DNA of 42,086 bases from a virus, in the IMG/VR virus record IMGVR_UViG_3300027832_000001, one strand, 5' to 3'. Made by a program: the position numbers and the translations under genes. Numbering within the stretch: position 1 is the stretch's first letter; each line of letters begins with the position of its first letter. The notes under the pieces are model-generated. The model worked only from the letters and a program-made list of their open reading frames with translations. It had not been told where the DNA came from and searched no databases. Below, in pieces: positions 24,719 through 33,141 of the stretch.

Positions 24719-25632
24719 TGACTACGTTTGCGCCGACAGGTACCGGCCGGACAGGCTCGACTCAGGATTACACGGTCCCAACTACGGCCAGCTTTATTAT
24801 TACTGCGGTTGGTGCGACTGGAGGATATGCATACTTGAACGGTACGACGACGGTGAATCCTGGCGGTACGGGCACGTCGATGTATGGCGAGTTTGCTCTG
24901 ACGGCTGGCAACGTGATCCGTTTCATGGTCGGGCAAGCGGGCGCTAACAACGCCAGCAACCCAGCCAGCCGTGGTGGTGGCGGTGGCGGCGCAACATTTG
25001 TTTACAACGTCACTACGGCCACACTGTTGATGGTTGCTGGCGGTGGCGGTGGCGGTGGCCAATATGCGAACGGCACATTGAAGAACGCAAACTTGACAGC
25101 GGACGGTTCGGCAGGGACGGTCGGCGGTGGTGCTGCCGGTACTGCCCCGAACGGGGGTGGGGCGACCTCCTACGGCGGCGGCGGCGGCGGCTACAGTGGC
25201 AACGGTGCCAACTCTGGATACGGCCAGGGCGGACTGTCGTACACCAACGGCGGCACGGGTGGTGCGCTTTCTAATGACGGCGCTGACGGCGGCTATGGCG
25301 GCGGTGGTGGCAGCTACGCCGGTGCTGGCGGCGGCGGAGGTTACGGTGGCGGAGGCGCTGGTGGCTGGTCATTGTCTGGCGACGGCGGTGGTGGCGGCTC
25401 ATATAACACGGGCACCAATCAGACCAACATAGCTCAGGTAGGAACAGCGGCAGGCTCGGCTTCGATTGTTGCCGCCAACATGGCCCCGACGGCACCGACT
25501 TTGGTTGCTCCAGCAGATTTGGCTGGAGTCCCAACCGCAGACCCGTTGCTTTATGATTGGACGCCGAACGATCCTGATGTGGGTGACACCCAGTCCGAGT
25601 TTGCTTTGGTGCGACGGAAGGTTCCGCAGTGA
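24718..25632 (+). CDS. Glycine-rich minor tail / fibre protein ending inside a fibre-domain motif
   Basis: ORF track. GTG overlaps the upstream TAG. Long GGGGG runs. The C-terminus PTLVAPAD...DPDVGDTQSEFALVRR stops 5 aa after the motif. Confidence 0.6.
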   Translation: MTTFAPTGTGRTGSTQDYTVPTTASFIITAVGATGGYAYLNGTTTVNPGGTGTSMYGEFALTAGNVIRFMVGQAGANNASNPASRGGGGGGATFVYNVTTATLLMVAGGGGGGGQYANGTLKNANLTADGSAGTVGGGAAGTAPNGGGATSYGGGGGGYSGNGANSGYGQGGLSYTNGGTGGALSNDGADGGYGGGGGSYAGAGGGGGYGGGGAGGWSLSGDGGGGGSYNTGTNQTNIAQVGTAAGSASIVAANMAPTAPTLVAPADLAGVPTADPLLYDWTPNDPDVGDTQSEFALVRRKVPQ

Positions 25633-27437
25633 CAATAATTTCTACGACAGTTAGCAGCGAGGACACCAAGGCGCAGTTCCAACGCAAAATTGACCGATGC
25701 CAAAATGGTGTGCTCTGGTCGGTTCTCCGAGCTGCCAGTAGCAGCGCTTTACAGTTTTGGTTTTCGACCGATGACGGCGCAACATGGACGCTAGATGTTA
25801 CAACTATTAGCTCTGGCCATAGTCAAGCAGAGTCGGCGTTCTTTATTGACATCGACGATTATGCGCACGTCACGGTCTATAGCGGCTACTGGAGAGGCAC
25901 GCCGAACGCTGCTAGAACAGCTTGGACGTGGAGTAGTAAAGTAGACTTGTATTGGAATAATGCCACCCCCATGAGTAACACCATTGTTGCTCATAAGGAA
26001 GGCACGGGATGGGTGGCCCACATTGCCCACGTTATCTATTCTTCGGCGTGGTTTTGTGGCTATCGCCGTATCGGAATCAGCTCCTCGGGGGTGCTTACAC
26101 TAGGAGCGTTTTCATTACTTGGCCTGGCTGACGACACCCAGCAATCGCTTTGCACGTCGATCGACTTCAACCATACGGGCGACGGGAAAACTGTCGCTAA
26201 CGGGACTCCAAATGTGTATATGGCTTGGAACGGCGACGACGGCGCTGGTGTCGGCGGCTACACAGTAAATTATATTGAAGCCGTATATTCGTCAGGCCCG
26301 ACCTGGACACTTGGGACACGAATGGCGCTTGGCAATACCGTTGCCCACCAAAATAAAATGTCTATGTACTTTGATGGGACACGAACATGCATAGCTTTCG
26401 TTCCTGCTTCCAGCAACGGACAGAGACTTGTCGCTGTTTGGGAGGTGCTTCCTGGCGGAACGTCTGCGAGTGGATACAAGGCTCCACCGGAAATGAACAA
26501 CAACCAAAGAATCAATATTGGGGCGGCGTATGACAGCGACCAAAATATCTATATCTGGGCGGATGACAACTACCGTGGCAACCTGTACCAGACCATTTTC
26601 AATAGGGCCGCAAATGCGTGGGGCGCATGGACGCTTGTAGCTGCAGCAGCAATCAACTCCAACACCCTGTCAATTAAGCGTGACTGGTCAAACAATTACA
26701 TCGAAGCCATTTGGACCAATCACAACGGCGCGAATCCCACAGATGTCCGTTACGGCAATTTCGGATTAAACTTCCGTCCGTCTATCCCTACGATCCTGAC
26801 TCCAGCCGACAACGCAACAGTCGCCCTCACATCTGGCGTAGATTTCACCTACACTTTCGGTGACCCAGAAGGCGACCTGCAAGTTGGTTACGCCCTTAAA
26901 CGAAGGGCCCTCACGTTAGATGTCGGGGTCGTTTACGCCGCTCAAGAATGGTGGAACGGTACAGCCTGGGTTGGTTCGGAAGCGGAAGTCGCATCCACCA
27001 CGCAGCCGATCTCGATATCGGACTGGCCTGCCATCGGTGACACGTACCAGTATGCGCTCGCCAACTCGGACGCCTCAGGTTTAGGCCCGTACTCGGCATG
27101 GCAGACACTCAACCCTTACGAGTGGTGGGATGGTACGGCCTGGGTTCCGATGGTCGAGGGGTGGATTGTTTCGACCACCTCCGAAGTCACCCAGTCGGTT
27201 GTTCAAGCCGATCTAGAAGTCAGCACTTCCTACAATTGGACTGCGGCAACCAAAGACGCTGCCGGTGCCACCGGGCCTTATGCGGCGCTATTCACATTCA
27301 CCGCAATCGGATCGTTCGCTCGCATCTGGAACGGCTCGTCGTGGCTCGACCATGAGGTCTTCGTTAGGGTGTCAAGCAATAGTTGGGAGCAGCACTCGGC
27401 ACTCATCTGGGACGGGTCGGCATGGGTCAACTACTAA
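25629..27437 (+). CDS. Tail fibre / receptor-binding protein with a BNR (Asp-box) sialidase-like N-terminal module
   Basis: ORF track. FSTDDGATW is an SxDxGxTW Asp-box. The C-terminal half repeats the fibre motif PTILTPAD...DPEGDLQVGYALKRR. The N-terminal ~1.1 kb is visibly lower in G+C. Confidence 0.6.
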   Translation: MTIISTTVSSEDTKAQFQRKIDRCQNGVLWSVLRAASSSALQFWFSTDDGATWTLDVTTISSGHSQAESAFFIDIDDYAHVTVYSGYWRGTPNAARTAWTWSSKVDLYWNNATPMSNTIVAHKEGTGWVAHIAHVIYSSAWFCGYRRIGISSSGVLTLGAFSLLGLADDTQQSLCTSIDFNHTGDGKTVANGTPNVYMAWNGDDGAGVGGYTVNYIEAVYSSGPTWTLGTRMALGNTVAHQNKMSMYFDGTRTCIAFVPASSNGQRLVAVWEVLPGGTSASGYKAPPEMNNNQRINIGAAYDSDQNIYIWADDNYRGNLYQTIFNRAANAWGAWTLVAAAAINSNTLSIKRDWSNNYIEAIWTNHNGANPTDVRYGNFGLNFRPSIPTILTPADNATVALTSGVDFTYTFGDPEGDLQVGYALKRRALTLDVGVVYAAQEWWNGTAWVGSEAEVASTTQPISISDWPAIGDTYQYALANSDASGLGPYSAWQTLNPYEWWDGTAWVPMVEGWIVSTTSEVTQSVVQADLEVSTSYNWTAATKDAAGATGPYAALFTFTAIGSFARIWNGSSWLDHEVFVRVSSNSWEQHSALIWDGSAWVNY

Positions 27438-27462
27438 CGGTCACTCAGCAGGAATGGAAGGC

Positions 27463-27696
27463 ATGATGAAACTCACAAACATCCCGCAACCGGTTCGGGC
27501 CTATGCCTACCGGATCGGTGTCGCCGTCGTCGGTGTCGCTGTCGTCTACGGCCTCATCGACAAGGGTGACGCACCGTCTTGGCTGCTGCTCGCTGCGGCG
27601 ATCTTTGGTATCGGCGGGAACGGTCTTGCTGCCGCCAATACGGTACGCCCGCCACTCCGGTCGTCGGTGGAGCCGAAGCATTTGCCGGAGGCGTAA
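27463..27696 (+). CDS. Holin (r1t/LL-H-like, two TM segments)
   Basis: ATG 27463 (27466 also possible) inside ORF 27265..27696. TM segments AYAYRIGVAVVGVAVVYGLI and SWLLLAAAIFGIGGNGLAAANT. Immediately upstream of the endolysin. Confidence 0.65.
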   Translation: MMKLTNIPQPVRAYAYRIGVAVVGVAVVYGLIDKGDAPSWLLLAAAIFGIGGNGLAAANTVRPPLRSSVEPKHLPEA

Positions 27697-29213
27697 TGTT
27701 GATGATGCCGACCGGCTCGGCTGGTACAGGCTGGGTCGCCACCGGGCCTGGTGTGCTTCGTAATGCCCGTAGCGGCGACGTGAATGGCAGGGGTGTCTAC
27801 TACCGGTTTCAGTCGGAGCAGGATTACGCACCGCCCTACGTCTGGTCTGGTTCTGTCCGCACGATCTCGCTGATGTCGCCGCCCGTATTCGAGGACGGTA
27901 CGCCAGCGTGGTATCGGCCTGGCCTCGTCTTTCATCCGATGTACGGCTCCAGCTCGACGCCCGCCGCTGGCAACGAGGAGAATGTGTTGATCGGCCTCGG
28001 CACCTACGACCGGCCCGAAGGTCACGTCGGCATCTCCGCCGAGCTACGCGCCGAGCGACCCGCCGAACCGTACGGTTCCCGTTCAGGGTACGCCCGCAAG
28101 CACGCCCGCCAGCCTGCACCGTTCCCGTTCTGGGATGGACTCTGGCACAATTTTGAGATCGTCGTTCACAGTCACGCCCACTACACGCTTATGTGGGATG
28201 GCGTCATGTTGGCCGACGTTCTGGAGAACTCGCCCGCCACCATGTCGGGACGCAACCGGGTCGGGCTGCGCTGCGACTTCACTGACATCGAGATCCGTGA
28301 CTGGGCAGTCCAGGAGATTGTGGCCGAGGCGACCGAGCCGATGGTGTATCGGATCGTGCCACGCACCGAGGTCGGGCTACCCGCCGTGGTTCGAGACTCG
28401 ACCGGTGCACTCCGCCCACCGCTCTACAACGAGCCGATGATGACCGCCCACTACACCGGCAACAACATCGACTACACCGGCAAAGACACTGCCGAGATCA
28501 CGCGCCAGATCCAACGAGTGTTCAGTAGCTCAAAGCCGTTCGAGTACAACTACGTGATTGGCCAGAACGACGACGACGAGATCGTTGAGTTTGCCGGAAA
28601 GTTCCAAGCTGCACATTCGGGCGGCGAAAACAACATCTCGTTCGGTGTCCTGTTCTTGCTCGGCGTCGGTGAGCAGGTCACCGACCGGATGATTGACAAG
28701 TGGCGGTGGCTGCGTGACGTGTTGATCTACACCGGGGCGCTACGGGCCGACGTAGACCAGCGACCACACAAGCTCATGCCTGGAGCGCGCACTGCGTGTG
28801 CCGGAGTATCGGTTGACGCGCGCTGGCCCGAGTTCCTCCCACCGTGGCAGACATCTATTTCAGGTTCAGGAGACAACAAAATGATTACGCTCAACAAACC
28901 GATTCGTATGCTCGACACTCGGGACCAGCGGGCAGATCCGTTGCCGTCGGGGACGTGGCCGCAGACTTTGCCTGCCGGGATACCGGCGAGGGCCGAGGCT
29001 GTGTTCGTGACTGTCACGGCGACCGACGCAAGCTCTGGCGGATTCATCACGCTGTGGGGTTCGGGTGCCCGGCCGAACACGTCGAACCTGAACTATCCGG
29101 CAGGGGCTGGCGCGATCTGCAACACGACGCTTACCCGTGTCGTCGGCGGAAAGTTCCAGATGTTCAACGTGTCGCCGTGCCACGTCATTCTCGATGTGGT
29201 CGGTTACGCCTGA
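27696..29213 (+). CDS. Endolysin: ConA/LamG-like domain + Amidase_2 (PGRP) domain + C-terminal wall-binding-like domain
   Basis: ATG 27696 overlaps the holin TAA, inside ORF 27579..29213. WHNFEIVV...GRNRVGLRCDFTDIEIRDW is jelly-roll-like. MTAHYTGN...QAAHSGGENNISFGV is amidase_2-like. RMLDTRD...VILDVVGYA forms the C-terminal domain. Confidence 0.7.
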   Translation: MLMMPTGSAGTGWVATGPGVLRNARSGDVNGRGVYYRFQSEQDYAPPYVWSGSVRTISLMSPPVFEDGTPAWYRPGLVFHPMYGSSSTPAAGNEENVLIGLGTYDRPEGHVGISAELRAERPAEPYGSRSGYARKHARQPAPFPFWDGLWHNFEIVVHSHAHYTLMWDGVMLADVLENSPATMSGRNRVGLRCDFTDIEIRDWAVQEIVAEATEPMVYRIVPRTEVGLPAVVRDSTGALRPPLYNEPMMTAHYTGNNIDYTGKDTAEITRQIQRVFSSSKPFEYNYVIGQNDDDEIVEFAGKFQAAHSGGENNISFGVLFLLGVGEQVTDRMIDKWRWLRDVLIYTGALRADVDQRPHKLMPGARTACAGVSVDARWPEFLPPWQTSISGSGDNKMITLNKPIRMLDTRDQRADPLPSGTWPQTLPAGIPARAEAVFVTVTATDASSGGFITLWGSGARPNTSNLNYPAGAGAICNTTLTRVVGGKFQMFNVSPCHVILDVVGYA

Positions 29214-29270
29214 CGGCCCTCGCCTGGCCGATCCCTGCTTCGGTCGTTTCGGACGGGCTACGATGCTGGT

Positions 29271-29684
29271 ATGAGTATCGCTGACGAACTTCGTACCGCT
29301 GGCCTCGATGTCATCGAGGGTCGCCCGTATGGTCGGATGACCGATGTGGGTGGCGTTGATGTTCTCTCGACAGGGACGGGCCGCTCGCATGAGTGTGCCG
29401 ACGACATCAACAATATCGTCACCCCGGCGAGGGGCACGGTGTATCTCGAACGGTCTGGTCGGGTCTGGCTGCTCGCTGACGGCCCGGTCGGTTCCGATGA
29501 GAATGCGACTGTGTTCTTGGCGCAGTATCGGGATGAGGGTTCGGAGGAGCAGGCCGACGCGCTCGCTGTCGTCCTCGCTGTTCTTGATGCGGCTTACGCC
29601 ACCGTCGCCCCCATTACCGCCTCCGACGCCGTAGACGGCGAAATAGGGGCTGATCCGGTCGATCCCGAAGAAGACTCCGAATGA
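29271..29684 (+). CDS. Acidic hypothetical protein (137 aa)
   Basis: ORF track. Strongly acidic C-terminus. Confidence 0.55.
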   Translation: MSIADELRTAGLDVIEGRPYGRMTDVGGVDVLSTGTGRSHECADDINNIVTPARGTVYLERSGRVWLLADGPVGSDENATVFLAQYRDEGSEEQADALAVVLAVLDAAYATVAPITASDAVDGEIGADPVDPEEDSE

Positions 29685-29798
29685 GGAACGGCCTGATCTG
29701 TTCAGCCGCTATGTCCGGTCAGACTCCGAGGGTGCCGGTTTTAAGCGCCTACTTTGTTCACGGCTGACGAGCTGGCTGATGTCGGAAGGTTGTTGCTC

Positions 29799-30047
29799 AT
29801 GAGCGAAGCAGTATGGGTGTTCCTCGGCGCAGTTATCTCGACCATCATCAGCTCGTCGATCAGCCTGTACCGTTCTCGGCTGAATGGTGCCAGCAATCAG
29901 ATCGAGGCGCTCACGGCATCGGACAATCTGATCGGCCGACTGGAGACTCGCATCGACAAACTAGAAGAGCGAGTCAAAGCAATGGAAGCGGAGCTTGACA
30001 GATATCACGTTCTGTACGGGCCCCTCCCACCGGCGAAGCTGCATTGA
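29799..30047 (+). CDS. Membrane protein with a coiled-coil tail
   Basis: ATG 29799 inside ORF 29754..30047. TM segment VWVFLGAVISTIISSSISL followed by a heptad-like region. Confidence 0.5.
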   Translation: MSEAVWVFLGAVISTIISSSISLYRSRLNGASNQIEALTASDNLIGRLETRIDKLEERVKAMEAELDRYHVLYGPLPPAKLH

Positions 30048-30568
30048 TAGACATCGACAAGATCATCGCCATTATCGCCGCCATCGTTTTCGCGATTACG
30101 GGTGCTGTGGGTCGAGATCTTGCTCCAGCAGAGCGGGGTGTCCAGGTGCAAGTTTCGCCGCCTCCGGCACCGTCACCGAATCCGCCCTCGCCACCGCCGA
30201 GATATCACCACTCTTCGCCGGACGTGGACCGCTGGCATGACGAAGCGATCCGGGCTGGATGGCCCGAGGATGAATGGCCGAGGCTGGCCTGCATCATCCA
30301 TCGCGAATCCCGTGGCGACCCATACGCCCACAACCCTCGCTACCCAGACGACAGCTACGGGCTGATCCAACTCAACATGCGGGCCCACCGCAAATGGGTT
30401 GGGCCGCTCGTCGGCTGGGACTTCACGCACCTGTTCGACGGATACACCAACCTGCTCCATGGGCGCACCTTGTTCGACATGGCGGTCGGCTACTACGACG
30501 ACGGCTGGCGTCCGTGGATCGCGAGCAACGGGTCATGTTCTGGCGCTCACAGCTACCCGAGTAGCTGA
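30044..30568 (+). CDS. Membrane-anchored lytic transglycosylase (SLT-like)
   Basis: ORF track (TTG start, overlaps the upstream TGA). N-terminal TM segment IIAIIAAIVFAITGAV, a Pro-rich linker, then HRESRGDP...SYGLIQLN. Confidence 0.65.
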   Translation: MIDIDKIIAIIAAIVFAITGAVGRDLAPAERGVQVQVSPPPAPSPNPPSPPPRYHHSSPDVDRWHDEAIRAGWPEDEWPRLACIIHRESRGDPYAHNPRYPDDSYGLIQLNMRAHRKWVGPLVGWDFTHLFDGYTNLLHGRTLFDMAVGYYDDGWRPWIASNGSCSGAHSYPSS

Positions 30569-30574
30569 CGCTCA

Positions 30575-30607
30575 CCCTCGCCGCCCATGCGGTACGGGCG
30601 ACGAGGG
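30575..30607. terminator. Bidirectional hairpin at the convergence of rightward and leftward genes
   Basis: CCCTCGCCGCCC (30575-30586) pairs with GGGCGACGAGGG (30596-30607), 11 of 12 pairs. Lies between the + stop at 30568 and the - stop at 30678. Confidence 0.5.
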
Positions 30608-30677
30608 AGGCTGACACCGCGGTAGAAAGGATCGACTCAATGAAGCCGGAAAGAACCGTGGTGGTCGAATGTCAGCC

Positions 30678-30824
30678 TTACGAAATGACCAGCCATAGTA
30701 TGGCAGATCCGGCGACCGCTACCCACAGGGCGACGATTGCGAACGCCCATCGGATGCAGCCGTAGGCGAGGTCGGTTGAGCGTTGATCGGTCGGCTCGCC
30801 CCGGTCGGGTGCAGGCCAGCTCAC
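30678..30824 (-). CDS. Small membrane protein (48 aa, below ORF-track cutoff)
   Basis: Hand translation of the reverse strand gives VSWPAPDRGEPTDQRSTDLAYGCIRWAFAIVALWVAVAGSAILWLVIS. GTGA overlap with the HNH-like gene stop. Confidence 0.4.
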   Translation of the reverse strand: MSWPAPDRGEPTDQRSTDLAYGCIRWAFAIVALWVAVAGSAILWLVIS

Positions 30825-31144
30825 GACCAAGACCAAATGTTGGTTCGGGTCTGCGCTGCCTGCTGGCCTGCCTTCGCTCTGGTCGCTCGACGGTGCGCCG
30901 AGTCTCTGAGCTTCGATGGATCAACGACCTCGATGCGTAGTGACTGCCATTTACCATCGACCTTCCGTTGCCATGTGCCGTCAATCTTCCGCATCGGGAG
31001 TCCGGTGTGAGATAGCGTGCCAGCATTCCGCTGCTTGATGCACTGCTTGCATCGCTTGCAGCCTTTGCCGTCGATGTAGGTGTTTGCCTTCGTGAATGGG
31101 TGCTCGCGCTTGCAATGCGTTGCTATGTTTCGTTTTCTTTCCAC
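30821..31144 (-). CDS. HNH-like / zinc-binding endonuclease-type protein
   Basis: GTG 31144 inside ORF 30821..31249, 2 nt after the ssb stop. Contains HCKREHPFTKANTYIDGKGCKRCKQC. Confidence 0.5.
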   Translation of the reverse strand: MERKRNIATHCKREHPFTKANTYIDGKGCKRCKQCIKQRNAGTLSHTGLPMRKIDGTWQRKVDGKWQSLRIEVVDPSKLRDSAHRRATRAKAGQQAAQTRTNIWSWS

Positions 31145-31146
31145 GA

Positions 31147-31575
31147 TCAGAACGGATCTTCTTCGCCGTACACCGGGTCGGCTGGCTTGGCTTGGCTTCG
31201 CTGCGGCGAGCTGGTCCGCTCGGCGCGAATAACTTCGCATGTCGCCCATCGGAGATCCGGTCCGACGGAATCGGCAACGACCTCGGTGACCGACTTCTCG
31301 TTTCCTTCCCTGTCGGTGTAGTTGCGTTGCGAGAGTCGGCCGATCACGATGAGCCGGTTACCTTTCTGGAGGCTGGCGGCGCAGTTCTCGCCGAGTTCTG
31401 CCCAGGCGGTGACGTTGAAAAATGAGACTTCCTCTTTCCATTCGTTCGTCGCCTTATCCATCCAGCGTCGGTTGCAGGCGATGCCGAATGAGGCGACGCC
31501 TCGACCGCCCGCCGTGTATCTGAGATCCGGCTCGCGGGTGAGGTTCCCGACGAGTGTGACTTGTGCGTCGCTCAT
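31147..31575 (-). CDS. ssb: Single-stranded DNA-binding protein
   Basis: ATG 31575 (AAGGAGA RBS) inside ORF 31147..31701. OB-fold pattern VTLVGNLTREPDLRYT...FFNVTAW...LQKGNRLIVIGRL. Acidic tail EEDPF. Confidence 0.85.
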   Translation of the reverse strand: MSDAQVTLVGNLTREPDLRYTAGGRGVASFGIACNRRWMDKATNEWKEEVSFFNVTAWAELGENCAASLQKGNRLIVIGRLSQRNYTDREGNEKSVTEVVADSVGPDLRWATCEVIRAERTSSPQRSQAKPADPVYGEEDPF

Positions 31576-31757
31576 GATTTTGATTCTCCTTGTTGATGTT
31601 CGATGTTGGACGGCGACCAGATGGTCACCGTGTCGTCGTCGGCGTGATGGTCGCTCCATGTGAATGCCATCGGCAAGCCTTGATGTGTGGCCGGTAACCA
31701 AATGTGTTCGCCTTCATGCCCGTCATAGCCGCAGCATTGGCGGATCATGTCGGGCAT
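31572..31757 (-). CDS. Hypothetical protein (61 aa)
   Basis: 3' part of ORF 31572..32477 starting at MPDMIRQCCGYDGHEGEH. ATGA overlap with the ssb start. Confidence 0.45.
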   Translation of the reverse strand: MPDMIRQCCGYDGHEGEHIWLPATHQGLPMAFTWSDHHADDDTVTIWSPSNIEHQQGESKS

Positions 31758-31804
31758 CACGAGGGCAGCGGACGGGCAGCGTTGGCCCTCATCTTGATCT
31801 TCGA

Positions 31805-32413
31805 TCACTGCCCGGTCCGAGCCTTCGTCCATGTCAGAGCGTCGCCGTGCTTCGACTCGGGGAGAGCGGACAGGGCTGACCCGAACTCGTCGGTGAATGC
31901 TGCGACGAACTCGCCGACCTCGGCCTTCTGCATCGTGGAGATGATGAGACGGATCTGAGTCTCTGCTTCGGTCCTCATGTTGGGTGTCGCCTCCGCCCGG
32001 TGGGCGATGCCTCCATCGTCGTCGTGGGCTTCGAGAGCGAACAGCGAGGTGAGTGCGTAGCGGCGCATGTAGGTGATCGCCGAGCCTGCCTGCTGTGGGT
32101 CGCCTTTGACTGGGAAGCCTGGCCCTGGGAAGGCGATTCGTTCGCCGGTCTGGGTGCAGATCAGCAGCGTCGTGATGACCATGTTGCCGTCGGCGATCTC
32201 GATTGGCTGAGCGAGCGACATCTGGTGCTGTGCGAGGACAGGTTTGAGTCCAGCCAGGATCTGGTTGATGTCCGCATACTTGTAGCTGAATGTCTCGTTG
32301 ATCTTGGCCGACTGGTCCTTGACGACCTTCTCGACCGAGGCGAGGACGTTGGCGAACCTGGTCATCATTTCTGGCGTGTCCATGTTGTTCTCTTTCTGTT
32401 GGGGATGATTCAT
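31805..32413 (-). CDS. erf: Erf-family single-strand annealing recombinase
   Basis: ATG 32413 (ATGA overlap) inside ORF 31805..32449. YKYADINQIL...PQQAGSAITYMRRYALTSLF matches ERF family motifs. Confidence 0.8.
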   Translation of the reverse strand: MNHPQQKENNMDTPEMMTRFANVLASVEKVVKDQSAKINETFSYKYADINQILAGLKPVLAQHQMSLAQPIEIADGNMVITTLLICTQTGERIAFPGPGFPVKGDPQQAGSAITYMRRYALTSLFALEAHDDDGGIAHRAEATPNMRTEAETQIRLIISTMQKAEVGEFVAAFTDEFGSALSALPESKHGDALTWTKARTGQ

Positions 32414-32985
32414 GACTGGTCTTCGTCGGCCGCGAATTGGACTGACCATGACGGCTCGGGCATGGATGCTTCGACACCGGGGATGATCTCGCCGTTCCCG
32501 TCCACCATGAAGCGGAAGTCGGGCGAGGTGTTGGCGATCGACTTGATGCCGGTCACGTTGATCGTCCGGCCGAGGATGTCGGGATGATTGATCTCCGCCC
32601 AGGCGAGCGTCGCTGCCTTGTCGGTGAATGTCAGGGTCGGTGTGTTCGACACTCGGATCTTCGACGTGCCGTAGGGCAGCTCGATCGACTTACGCTTCGG
32701 GTCGTCTCGGAGGAGGGCACGGTGCAATGATTCGATCGGTGCTTGATGCCATGCGATCTGGTTGTTGAAGATGCGGCGGCGGTGGAGGCGGCGGATCTCC
32801 AGCCGGTCCATCTCGGCTTGGTACACGGCGTCGATCTCGTCACGTTGTGCGGTTGCTCTTGCTGCCATCTTCAGGTGCCAGGATGCACGGTCGAGCGCTT
32901 CGGCTGTGCCTTCGGGCATGAGGGCCGGGGTGTCGTAGTCGATGTCCGGCTCGTCGCCGATGGGGATGTCCATGTCTTCGTTCAT
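32410..32985 (-). CDS. gam: Mu Gam-like host-nuclease inhibitor
   Basis: ORF track. N-terminal coiled coil, then KSIELPYGTSKIRVSNTPTLTFTD, as in the Mu Gam family pattern. Confidence 0.5.
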   Translation of the reverse strand: MNEDMDIPIGDEPDIDYDTPALMPEGTAEALDRASWHLKMAARATAQRDEIDAVYQAEMDRLEIRRLHRRRIFNNQIAWHQAPIESLHRALLRDDPKRKSIELPYGTSKIRVSNTPTLTFTDKAATLAWAEINHPDILGRTINVTGIKSIANTSPDFRFMVDGNGEIIPGVEASMPEPSWSVQFAADEDQS

Positions 32986-33042
32986 TGGTTTCTCGTTTCA
33001 GGGTTGTCCTCGACGGGGTGCCGAGATTGGTGGAACAGCCAC

Positions 33043-33071
33043 AGTCTACCCGACCCGAGTCGGTCTGGCTA
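33043..33071 (-). promoter_or_regulatory. Leftward promoter with the same operator half-site
   Basis: The reverse strand reads TAGCCA-17 nt-TAGACT. The spacer holds CGACCCGA-G-TCGGTC (33051-33065). Sits ~50 nt upstream of the gam ATG. Confidence 0.4.
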
Positions 33072-33082
33072 CCTCCAATCTT

Positions 33083-33141
33083 CCAGAATAGTTTCGGGTT
33101 GAGGGTTGACGACCCGACTCGGGTCGGATAGAGTGATTGAC
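33083..33141 (+). promoter_or_regulatory. Promoter-operator cassette copy 3
   Basis: -35 TTGACG at 33106-33111. Palindrome at 33110-33126. -10 TAGAGT at 33129-33134. ATG at 33142. Confidence 0.7.

Noticed and set aside
24950-25400. Highly repetitive GGTGGCGGCGG tracts that could be mistaken for a tandem repeat or CRISPR-like array
   Set aside because: There are no repeat-spacer units. The tracts are simply glycine codons of a glycine-rich fibre protein in an open frame.
29259-29270. TACGAT followed 6 nt later by ATG 29271, resembling the leaderless -10-to-ATG geometry
   Set aside because: The position 17 nt upstream reads TGCTTC, which is not a -35-like hexamer, and there is no operator palindrome. 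This could be chance.
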